From: Octopus vulgaris
Taxonomy: Eukaryota
Length of the DNA stretch: 64,000 bases
Assembly (NCBI GenBank): GCA_951406725.2
Contig: OX597821.1
Location: 73,780,001 to 73,844,000, forward strand
Direction of reading: 5' to 3'
Shown: in pieces, positions 53,337 to 64,000 of the stretch
Layout: the number at the start of each line of letters is the position of its first letter
Numbering within the stretch: position 1 is the stretch's first letter
The notes under the pieces: model-generated
The model's input: only the letters and a program-made list of their open reading frames with translations
Database searches by the model: none
Told to the model about the DNA's origin: nothing
Translations under genes and position numbers: made by a program

Positions 53337-53802
53337 CGTTGACCGTGAACATAACTTTGTACTTCGAATTCTCGGCTGTGAACACTCGTATGGTGGAATC
53401 TGAAGGTGTGATTTGAGCGTTGGTCGTTGTTCGAGTGAACACTTCTGTTGTTGAATTCAGAAATGAACGGGTATTACGGTTTGAGAGTAAGGTTTTTATG
53501 TGAAACATTTCTAAGTTGTCTGTGTGACCTGGCAGAAGATGAGGCCTATTTCGTGGAGGAACGGGATGAGCAAGTGAGTTATTTGTATTAGATGGACCCC
53601 CACCCTTCTCCTCCACGCTCCCAATCACTGTGATGGCTTTAAATATAAGGCCAAAATCTTGATTAAGATGTCCCAGAGTTTCATTTAAGTACACCGAAGT
53701 CTTGTAGTGATTTAACAAGAAAATCGTTTCTTTCAACACCACCTGAATATGATAGAGATTTTGCCAGTGAGTGGTGGCCACCTTTTTAATCAAACATTTC
53801 AT
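53337..53802 (-). CDS. Candidate coding first exon of an unidentified host gene (155 codons, phase-1 donor)
   Basis: Stop-free, non-repetitive frame MKCLIKK...SKYKVMFTVN ending at AACG|gtaaac, downstream of a CpG-richer unique region at 54300-54900. No recognisable domain. Confidence 0.35.
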
Positions 53803-53840
53803 CTCAGTTCTTTTAATGAACGCAACTAAAGTTGATGCTT

Positions 53841-53877
<37 letters not shown>

Positions 53878-54447
53878 AATTACTACTACAATTACTACTA
53901 CTACCACCATTACTACCACCATTACTACTACTACTACTACTACCACCATTACTACTACTACTACTACCACTATTACTACTACTACTACTACCACCATTAC
54001 TACTACTACTACTACTACCACCACCACCACCACCATTACTACTACTACTAGGTGCTACGCTTACAATGCAGCGACACTTCGTTTCTCTTCCCAGTAAATT
54101 CTCTTCACCCTCTTAAACTATCCACAAGTGTCATACCCGCATCCAACATTTCCGTAAACGACTTGATGGCAGTGACAATGACCAAACAAACGTATATAAG
54201 ACAATACTACACACACACACACACACACACATACACACACGTGCATTCGAACAGCACATAGACACACACCCATGATTCATTGCAAGAGAGGAAAATCAGC
54301 CCGTGTAGATCAGTGTTGAAGAATGCGGATTAATTAATGCAAACGGGTTGTTGGAGTCTATGTAAACACGGACGCATCTCGCTCGAGTAAGAGAAAGACT
54401 TGACATAGAAAGTCGAAAACTATATAAATGGTTGGCTATGAGGGTGT

Positions 54448-54485
<38 letters not shown>

Positions 54486-54702
54486 AGAGAAAGAGAGAGA
54501 AAGTGAGAATGAATGAATGAATGAGTGAAAAGTCGACCAGTTGTATAAAGTAAGCAAGACGGCACGGAAGAGATTCGCAGAATGTAGATGCGATGATGCC
54601 GTGATCTCAGGATGCTTCCATCAGCCTTCAACCGTTCTAACACTTCGAATAATTTATGGGTTTGTCTGAATCCCACGGCAACGATGATGAGTATTGCTCA
54701 CT

Positions 54703-54736
<34 letters not shown>

Positions 54737-54816
54737 AGTCTCTAGTGCCACTCACTAGCGCATAATTCGCAAACGCACACGCACGCTCACACGTAGAGAC
54801 ATAGAGACGTCCGGCG

Positions 54817-54867
<51 letters not shown>

Positions 54868-55189
54868 ATCACACCGCAGCGCATGGCAAGTTCATCAATT
54901 CCTTGTTGGAAAGTGAGAGTTAACATTTGTATAATTAACCTCTGAAACAATTCGCTATTACTCTCCAATTCATTGCATATGCATATGTCTGTGTGCACGT
55001 GTATATGTATGTGTATGTATGGGTCTATGTATGTATGCACATATACAAGCGTAAATGTTTGTATATATAATATATATATATATGTATTCGATTGTGTGTG
55101 TGTGTGCATATATGTACGTACGTACGTATACATGTACATGTATATATATATATGTATGTATTTATACACATATATATACATATGTACAT

Positions 55190-55223
<34 letters not shown>

Positions 55224-56156
55224 ATATTTATATATATATATATATATATACACACGTGTGTGTGTGTGCGTGCGTATACATAGACATACAATCAGAAACA
55301 CACACTAATAAAGTATCAGAAATTGAGCCGACGAGAGAACTATTACTCGACCTGCTAGAAATAGAAGCCAAAGTCACAAACTTAAAATCGGAATGACAGA
55401 CAAGAGGTAACTGTAGGTATGTACAGACACGCACACAGACACGCACACTTATAAACATTTGGCTTGATATAGCGATACTAATAACCTAATGTTAGAACTC
55501 ACTATGCTAATGCTTAAGAATAAACCGTTAGTCAAGTATAGAGCGTAATATGAAAGTTCAGAAATATGCACACACATACACACACACACACACACACACA
55601 ACACACACACACACACACACACACAAATAAAAGCGTACACGATGGTTACGGATGGGATATTGCGATCGCAGTGTGTCATAATTAGGATTAAAGAACAACA
55701 AGGTGTGTTATACAGGGTCCCCTCGCGTTACGGAACTAACCATAGACACAACACGAAATATATATAATTCACACAATGCAAAGAGGCACAGCTTAACGCT
55801 AATCGGGTGGAGTGCCACTTCGGTATATTTAGCCACACGGAAACATTTACTTAGAGTATGAGTGGAAACAGAGTGGCACAAACAATGGTAACGAACATTC
55901 GTTACTCTTCTTCTGATGTCATACTTTAATATTCAAAATACCTACACACCGGTTTCACCAGTGAAATATCTGGAGTTACCACACATATGGACCAGAGATT
56001 TTTCGAAAGTTACAGTACGAAAGTTTGGATAGGTAGGAGTTCGCGTCCAGTGCGAACCCCTACCCTATCAGGAATCTGTGAAGTTGCTAATTCAGACACA
56101 TTTTAAAATTCTCCTCTCCCATTTTCTTTCCTGTCTCCATTGTTATATTTCCTCAT

Positions 56157-56195
56157 TCTTTTCTGTAGAAGAGCGTAGGCTCGAAATGTCAAAGG
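56157..56195 (+). ncRNA. Hammerhead-like motif, CUGUNGA family
   Basis: tctttt-CTGTAGA-A-GAGC gtag GCTC-GAAATGTC-aaagg. Downstream flank is homologous to those of the 3540, 4567 and 42227 copies. Confidence 0.55.
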
Positions 56196-56582
56196 CTCCA
56201 CCCCTTTTTCCTTGGCGTCAAATTAATACACCGTGTGTGTTGTGTGATATCCTTTTAGAATGTGTAATTTATAATTCAAGCATAATTGCAGAGTAGTTAT
56301 AGCAAGAGATTAAGAAATCAAGCGTAAAGTGTCTTACAGCTGTTTCTAGAATAACTGAGCATGTGAAGTCGTTGAGCAAAAATTTCTGTCTTATCCAACC
56401 ACACACAGACGCATACAAACATACACTCACATTCATTTACCATGTCTCAGACATCGCATTGCAGCCATGAAACTCGAGTCACAAGACAATATCTTACTTC
56501 CAGTTTCAATCAATAAATTTCATATGTATGTAATAATAATAATAATAACAATAATAATAATAACAATAATAACAATAACGAC

Positions 56583-56659
<77 letters not shown>

Positions 56660-57109
56660 TAACGACAAGAAGAAGAACAGCAACAACAACAATATATATA
56701 TACACACATATATGACAGCAATGAACGTGATTCTCGGTAACGAGTGTCACAGTGATGCAACATCGTTAGTCTCTCATGTACAAGAATATGGTAAAGCTTT
56801 GAATACTTACCTTCCCAAAGCTATCATATCAATGGGAAGACTCTCTGCCAAGGAGTTAGAAGAACTTGACCAAGAAAAAAAACATTTTGTGATGATTCAT
56901 AAAGGAATCTGAAATCAACAGAAAAAGTCTCATGATGTGATTTGAAATAAATGAACATTATTTATTTTTATTAATGGGTTTTTAGAATGTTTTCAAATGT
57001 TGTCTATGAACTAAAAAAGACAAGAAGTGTTCAGATATCTTTTCAAGTGCTTCTAAACAATTTTATTGTATTTTTTAAGTATTTTTAAGTGCTTCATCCT
57101 CCAGAACAC

Positions 57110-57156
57110 ATCACACTGATGAGAAAGTGAAATTTCCGAAACACGCTGTATGTGAT
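57110..57156 (+). ncRNA. Type-I hammerhead ribozyme, canonical core
   Basis: ATCACA-CTGATGA-GAAA gtgaaa TTTC c-GAA-ACA cgc TGT-A-TGTGAT. Perfect 6-bp stem I, GUA site. Confidence 0.8.
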
Positions 57157-57813
57157 TAAAGGGGCGTTTACGATTAAATTGAAGATAAATAAACTAATAG
57201 AATAGATAAACTGTTAAACAGAGATACAGAAGATGAAAAGTCGATTTGTATTTTTTATGATGGAAACATATTCGACAGAGACATCTTTTCAATCGACAAC
57301 AATCGTGTAAGAATTTAATTCGATCATTAGCCACAATAAACTGGCTGAATTTCAGTTGAAATTTCTATCGTCTGAAGTCCAAGAGGTATTGGAAACCTAT
57401 AAATATCAAAGTTGTGGCACTATGTATATAGTGACAGTAACCATGTTCACAGAAATATTGTGGTGTAATTGTGCACCCGGGTGTCCGTACAAGGAGAACA
57501 ACATTTGAAATACCCGGATGGACGCCCTGGAATTCACGACAGCAGCAGTGACTAGAAGTATTCATGTAAGACAGTAAATATGCCCGGAAGGCAATCGTAG
57601 ATTTTTACTGAAGCGCTGTGTGCCAAAGTATTGAAGCCTCGAAGCCTTGTTGTTGTCAAGCAGGAACCATGGGAAAACTAGAGAACAACAACAACAAATA
57701 TGGAAGGGGTGAGGAAATATATACGTGGTCAATCGATCTGCAGAGCCCTCGCCCCCAGCTAAATTCCCTTCAAAATATATCCTACGATTTTAAAAGAGGA
57801 AATGCCTATTGAC

Positions 57814-58000
57814 TAACATCGAAAAATACCTTAGGAATGAGAACTCAGGTTTGAAATTTCCCCAAGACACCTGATGAAGGCTGGAGTGTATATCAGCCGA
57901 AACGTTGTGTTAACAACAAACAAGATGAGGACAAATATCCGTCAAATGTAAATAAAATAAATAATGTACATAACTTCTCATCTCTTAAATGTAGAACTGT
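57814..58000 (+). mobile_element. HHR-bearing element body (family of 4012-4475) with intact hammerhead at 57866-57911
   Basis: GACAC-CTGATGA-A-GGCTG gagtgtatat CAGCC-GAAACGT-T-GTGTT. Confidence 0.8.
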
Positions 58001-58824
58001 ATAGTCCAAGATACACAAGGCTAGAATTAGACACCAGTTACAAACAACGCGAAAATCAACCAAAATTAAAAATATTTCAAATTATAAAGACCGAAAATGA
58101 AATTATTCACCACTGAGATGAAACTGCGACCCAGGGGTGGCTTTTCTGCTTTTTGCTTCAGAAACGTAACTAGAACAGGTTAATTTCATTATGTGTGTAT
58201 GTGTGTGAGTGTGTGTTACGTAATTTTGCTTAGGAATAACAATACAGGCGAACACTTGGTAGAACTCAATATATAATCTAGAGTAAAACACCAGGTGAGT
58301 ACAGACCAAAATGTCAATTAATGAATGACAAAAGAACCTTCTTTAGCTTACAGCTGTTTCTTCTACAAGAAATAGTGCACCCTGGGCTGAGTTTTCCACT
58401 GCATCCTAAATCTTCCACGGAGCTATTAAGACCTGTGGAAGTTTCTCAAGGGTGCTATCTGGACAAAAATCATAGACTTAAGTGCAGTCCATAGTGCTTT
58501 AATTACTAAGTCGAAAATAATCTTTAATCATTTGAAATTACAACGCAATGAGAAGAAAAGTAATCTGCATTGATGAAAATTATTCTTATATGAGGCTCTC
58601 TAACTTATGCATGGTAACTTGCACTTAACTATGTAGAACAGCTGCAGACTTTCATAAGAAAGTGGAGAAGCGGTTTCAAATCTGGAACAGAGCAGATGCT
58701 ACACACACGCGCACAAAAACAAACACACAGATACACACACACAAACAGACGTCCCACTGATCAGTCAAACTTCAGGTGGCATAATAGTGTTTCACGTACA
58801 ATATCCCATAAATAATATATATAT

Positions 58825-58993
58825 AACATAATTACTCGTGTAAAAGTCGCATCCATAATTTGGACTTAAATATTGGCACAAAATTTTCCCCTTTCCTAGT
58901 TTTAGCTTTGCATATTGTATTAGTCGCACCCTAGTTTTTTCAGTTAATATCAAATATAAAATAGAGCGGCTTATACACGGGTAATCCGGTGTA
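58825..58993. mobile_element. Pogo/Tc2-type MITE, degenerate
   Basis: ATTACTCGTGTAAAAGTCGC ... GCGGCTTATACACGGGTAAT inverted ends. Confidence 0.6.
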
Positions 58994-60325
58994 TATTATG
59001 TGTAATTCGAGGAATACCACTTGTTATAAATCATATTTTTTTTGCCTATATATGTATTGCACGTATGCAAGTAATATAAAGTCTACACACACACTCGCTC
59101 ACACATCTCTCTCTCTCTCTCTATCTATCTATGATATTATAGACATTAAGCGAAACATGCTCTCCCATGCTAATGAGAAAAATAATATAGCATTAAATTT
59201 TAAGTATATTTTTGAGTTGTTCCCTCATATTTATTCCTAATTAGCTTTTTAGTGCTTCTTGCAAGTGTATTAAGACCAAGTAAACTCTAGAATGTTACAT
59301 AAAATTCAATAAAGTCTTCATTTTCAATAGTCTTTTACAGAACGCACACGGCCGAATTCGATCGATTCTTGTGAAGAGAAAGCCCTGAGACTTATTAAAT
59401 CATGTGTATTTTTCTATATGAAGTTACGAAGAACATCGGCACAAAAGCCATTTTGGTTCTCTCTGAAATGTTTATTATTATTATTTCAGTGATGGTGTTT
59501 CTTATGTCAAATATTTGGCGAAACATATTGAACGATTAAACATTAAATGGGAAATTTCCTCGTCTTGTAAAAGGAAGCAAATGCATCTGGGTTTCAAAAC
59601 TGCCAAGAAACAATATCCTTTCTCACTCCCCTGAGTAGCCGACCATTCCTACGTTACATTTCCTGGGATATAGTTTCGCACGCTGCGTGTTTCTTTAATG
59701 GTTGCAACTAAAGTAGCGGTCATTCATCAGAAATATCTACTAAGTTTATAACTAGATATATGGGGGAGAACGATTTCAGAGCTCCAGGGAAATATTCCTC
59801 TGCCAGTTGCAAGGCAGACGTTTGCCAGTATTAAAACAGTTGGTTTATGTTGTTCTCTTCAGCAGCCCGGTCGCCATTACTAATCTCTTGAGACAAATGA
59901 AAGAAATTCATATCTCTTCTTTTCCTGCAGATCCCCGCTTATTATTAATTGTACACCAAAACATTGTGTGCAGTAATGGTGTTTTTCCAGTTCAATATTT
60001 TGTTTATAAAATATTTGGCGCGATCCACAGCCACAGCTCGGTGCTGTCATTACACAACTATGTCTTTAAATGGGGGGTTTTCTAGCTTCGCTGGTCAAGT
60101 GGTTTATATATGGCTCTGGTAGGTTATGAGTCAAGATCGTAAGTGGTATATGTCCAGCTAACCAAAGGCGGCAGCAGCAGCAGCTGTGAGAGTTGAAAGG
60201 TTAAATAAATTTAATAATCTCCACAAACACTATAAACTGTGAATGAGAACGCCATATTTGCTTGTCGCTTAACTACACGGATATATATATATATATGTAT
60301 GTAGAGTAGTATAATAACATCCTTT

Positions 60326-60368
<43 letters not shown>

Positions 60369-60819
60369 TCTATCTATATATCTCTATAAGAATATGGGTG
60401 GCTTATTAGCAATTTAACAACTTAAAGGCAAATTTATAGACGTTACTAATGTATTTATATATGTGTGTGTGTGTGTGTGTATGTGTGTGTGTACGTGTAT
60501 ACACTTGCATATATATATATATATATATACACACACATACGTACACACAGACACACATACCTACACACACACGGGAAGCAGTGGCTGAGAAGATCACACA
60601 CACACACACACACACCTGCATGGACGTGTATACACGCACACACAAACACTGGTTAGTGCCGCATATCGTTTCGGAGCTGACATATTTTGGAAAAGAGAAA
60701 CGTATTACAAGTTCGTATATAATTTCATACACATGTATTCATACATACGTATAAATATCTACATGTACAAATATACATTATATATATATATAATAGATAT
60801 AATAACATATGAGAGATAG

Positions 60820-60853
<34 letters not shown>

Positions 60854-61135
60854 GTAGATAGGTATACATACAAACATATATATATATATATGTAATTAAA
60901 ATAGCTCAAATTAGGCAATCAACTTTTATACTTACTCATACATTTATGAATTCGTATTATATATATATATATTAATGCATATCGACATATATGAATATTT
61001 TTTAAATATAAATATATATAAATATACATAAAAATACATGTAAATAGAATCCATGAGCACAAATGTTGATTGCTTAAATCGTATCCTTTGTATCGGGTTC
61101 GACCCGAGCACTTCTTAAGCTGTTCTATATATTTC

Positions 61136-61168
<33 letters not shown>

Positions 61169-61295
61169 TAATAATAATAATAATATATATATATATATAT
61201 ACACACTCACACACACACACACGAATAAGTGGACAAATGAAAGCAAAGGGGACTCAACACACTTATTAAGAGTTACATGCGTTATTTTAAATCAG

Positions 61296-61407
61296 TTTGA
61301 TTCAGTTTCCGTGTTACTTCAAGTTTCGCAGGATCTCTGACGGGAGCCTAAAATCATCGGACCCCGTTAGGGGCCTGCGAAAGAAAGTAGCACGGAACCG
61401 AATCAAA
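61296..61407. repeat. ~112-nt imperfect hairpin
   Basis: TTTGATTC..TTCCGTGTTACTT..TTTCGCAGG..CTCTGACGGG pairs with CCCGTTAGGG..CCTGCGAAA..AAGTAGCACGGAA..GAATCAAA. Confidence 0.8.
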
Positions 61408-61410
61408 GTG

Positions 61411-61449
<39 letters not shown>

Positions 61450-61723
61450 GATAAGAGTAAATAATTTCTAATTATTTACTGGTAGAATTCGGTATGTAAA
61501 TATAGCCGATTACCGGCAGGAACTTCTGTAAAGTTCAGTATATATATTGTATATAAGAAAAAGGGACAGGCAAAACAGGTTGCTTGACGTATACCGAAAA
61601 AAATAGAAATAGCAGTCAAGAATGCTTATTTCTATCAAAGTTGGACTCCGGGCATGACAGACCCTGTAATTCACATATGCAAAACAGAAGGAATAGATAA
61701 CGAATACGAAGTTCGGCGGTTAT

Positions 61724-61834
61724 CTGTGAACATCATGTTTCTGGATTATAAACATATTGAATATATATTCCATATATTTTTGATATATATTTCATATATA
61801 TTGCAAATATATTTCACATCCTTCTTCAGCACAG
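61724..61834 (-). ncRNA. Hammerhead with extended stem II (left-arm copy)
   Basis: Reverse complement of 62395-62505. Confidence 0.7.
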
Positions 61835-62394
61835 CTTTCCATTGAAAAAGATTTATCATAGATTTATCAAATGCTACGTACTCAAACCTTCTGACCATGC
61901 GACATCAAAATATTTGAAGAAAGTGAGCAAAGGCTAAACCTACATAGACGTTTGAATTCATAAATCTTCCCTCCAAAATTTTGCCATGCGCACTACAGTT
62001 AGGTTGTCAAAGGGAGTGAAAAATCCAAATAGTAATATAATGATAAGAGTAAATAATTTCTATAAATAAATTTCTATAACTTTACAGAAGTTCCTGCCGG
62101 TAATCGGCTATATTTACATACCGAATTCTACCAGTAAATAATTGGGGTTTTTTTAAAAGCCTTTATAGAAATTATTTACTCTTATCATTATATTACTATT
62201 TGGATTTTTCACTCCCTTTGACAACCTAACTGTAGTGCGCATGGCAAAATTTTGGAGGGAAGATTTATGAATTCAAACGTCTATGTAGGTTTAGCCTTTG
62301 CTCACTTTCTTCAAATATTTTGATGTCGCATGGTCAGAAGGTTTGAGGTACGTAGCATTTGATAAATCTATGATAAATCTTTTTCAATGGAAAG

Positions 62395-62505
62395 CTGTGC
62401 TGAAGAAGGATGTGAAATATATTTGCAATATATATGAAATATATATCAAAAATATATGGAATATATATTCAATATGTTTATGATCCAGAAACATGATGTT
62501 CACAG
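62395..62505 (+). ncRNA. Type-I hammerhead with ~70-nt AU-rich stem II extension
   Basis: CTGTG-CTGAAGA-A-GGAT..ATCC-A-GAA-ACA tga TGT-T-CACAG. Confidence 0.7.
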
Positions 62506-62672
62506 ATAACCGCCAGACTTCGTATTCGTTATCTATTCCTTCTGTTTTGCATATGTGAATTACAGGGTCTGTCATGCCCGGAGTCCAACTTTGATAGAAA
62601 TAAGCATTCTTGACTGCTATTTCTATTTTTTTCGGTATGCGGTCAAGCAACCTGTTTTGCCTGTCCCTTTTT

Positions 62673-62717
<45 letters not shown>

Positions 62718-62831
62718 ATATTTCGGAATGGTCATATTGCCAGTTTAGCCAATAAAAACACACGCACTATATATTTGGTGTTATTTTGCTTCAGTGATAT
62801 TTATTTTTTACATTAATCTTAATCTTATTTC

Positions 62832-62876
62832 GGCCAAAGTTCTTTCGTCACACTCCTGTGACCGCATCAGTGGTCC
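62832..62876 (-). ncRNA. Hammerhead-like motif in the 3' pLTR of the terminal PLE
   Basis: Minus: GGACCA-CTGATGC-G-GTCAC aggagt GTGAC-GAAAGAACTT-TGGCC (A9C). Same strand as, and downstream of, the GIY-YIG ORF. Confidence 0.6.
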
Positions 62877-63394
62877 TTTGTTTTCTTCTCACTTACTTGT
62901 GTCTCTCCTTACTAACCGTCAGCCATTTTGTATTTCTATTGTATGTCTTCATTTGCGCATGCTTATATCTCTATGTGCGTCTATGTTTATTTAGTGTGTG
63001 TGTGGGGGGGATGCCTGTAATATTTGTATCTTCTGGTTATATACATTCTTGTAATTTGTATTTTGTTTTTGTTGTTGTTGCTTTTGTTCTAATTTTGTTC
63101 ATGTGTTTACATCCACCCATTATTATCATTACATATGCTTGTATGTATGTATAACAACAATATTAGTAATAATAATAATAAATCTAATCGAGAAAAAAAA
63201 AAAAAAAAAGAATATACATATACATATATATATATATACATACATATACATATACATATATATATATATACATATATACACACATATATACACATATACA
63301 TATACATATATATACACATATACATATATATAGATATTCATTTCTATTTCTTTAATTACCTGTGTATTTATTATGTTTGCAGGATCCACTATTG

Positions 63395-64000
63395 TCATAT
63401 GTTGTGGTGTGCGCTATTGCTCCATTCTAGTTTTCTATTCAGGCTAGGTTTATTTTCTATTATATGTGTAGCTTCTGTAATTTGTCTAATTGTTGCATCT
63501 GTTCTATGTGTGGACAATATCTTAATCTCTATGTTATTGATTGATCCCCCGTGTTCTTGTTCGGCGTGTTGGTACAGAATCGATGAGCTTTTACCTTCCT
63601 TGAGTTGTCTCCAATGTTCATTCACCCGCTCACCAATGCTTCTTGCAGTTTCCCCTACGTATGTTACTGTCTTGTTACTGCATCGTCCCTCTATACATCT
63701 TATACTATAGACCACATTTCTGGCTTTACAGTTCGTTTGTGGGCTAAATCTACATACAGTGCAATAGTTTTCCGTACAGAGAGTTCTACTAAAAGGATAG
63801 GTTCTACCAATTATAGATCTGATAGGGTTGCCTGGCTTTTCAACAACCTTAATTCTTAGTTTAAGTTTATCTAGGGTCCTTCTAAAGCGGTACGCTAGTT
63901 CACCTCCAGGGGTGGTGTCAACGAACATGACACTCTGGTATTTATGGCTATCATACCAAGTGTTGGCCTTCCTTATTTTCTTTTTTGTCCTTTCTATAGT
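63395..64000 (-). CDS. Penelope-like element ORF C-terminus: Cys-rich linker plus GIY-YIG endonuclease (partial, open to window edge)
   Basis: Linker C-x4-C-x2-C; [32 protein letters not shown]. The frame has no stop from 64000 to the terminator. Confidence 0.92.
   Translation of the reverse strand, partial: TIERTKKKIRKANTWYDSHKYQSVMFVDTTPGGELAYRFRRTLDKLKLRIKVVEKPGNPIRSIIGRTYPFSRTLCTENYCTVCRFSPQTNCKARNVVYSIRCIEGRCSNKTVTYVGETARSIGERVNEHWRQLKEGKSSSILYQHAEQEHGGSINNIEIKILSTHRTDATIRQITEATHIIENKPSLNRKLEWSNSAHHNI

Larger units (their letters stand above)
61446..62680. mobile_element. Large inverted-repeat element in (TA)n with PLE pLTR-type architecture
   Basis: Arms 61551-62065 and 62162-62680 differ at only a few positions. 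61471-61535 is the reverse complement of spacer 62078-62143. Each arm carries an HHR. Confidence 0.85.

Noticed and set aside
53317-54036. 239-aa ORF with poly-Val N-terminus as a membrane protein
   Set aside because: The poly-Val is a (GTA/GTG)n microsatellite. Only the non-repetitive part was kept as a low-confidence exon.
59700-60204. Possible degenerate piggyBac (TTAA end, faint transposase similarity)
   Set aside because: No matching second TIR, and the similarity is too weak to support by eye.

Overview
Eukaryotic, AT-rich DNA saturated with microsatellites ((TA)n, (CA)n, (CATA)n, (AAT)n, (GA)n, (CTA)n). The repeat content looks like a coleoid cephalopod, probably Octopus; this is inferred, not verified. 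No complete host gene is visible, and almost all ORF-track entries are translated microsatellites. Real content: many tRNA-headed SINEs of at least 3 families; truncated or internally deleted R4/Dong-clade RLE LINEs sitting in (AAT)n or (CATA)n; CR1/L2-type LINE 3' ends; a Gypsy remnant with PPT and LTR; mariner/pogo MITEs; a Helentron-type element; and Penelope-like element (PLE) pieces, including an open GIY-YIG ORF running off the right edge. The main hidden signal is about 14 minimal type-I hammerhead ribozyme (HHR) motifs from several families, mostly beside (TA)n tracts and often in PLE-style inverted structures. They include a tRNA-headed HHR-bearing SINE/retrozyme, a G3-C8 compensatory core variant, a recurrent CUGUNGA core variant, and an HHR with a ~70-nt stem II extension inside a ~515-bp inverted repeat. 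A possible coding first exon of a minus-strand host gene lies at 53337-53802. All structures were read by eye; repeat boundaries are approximate.
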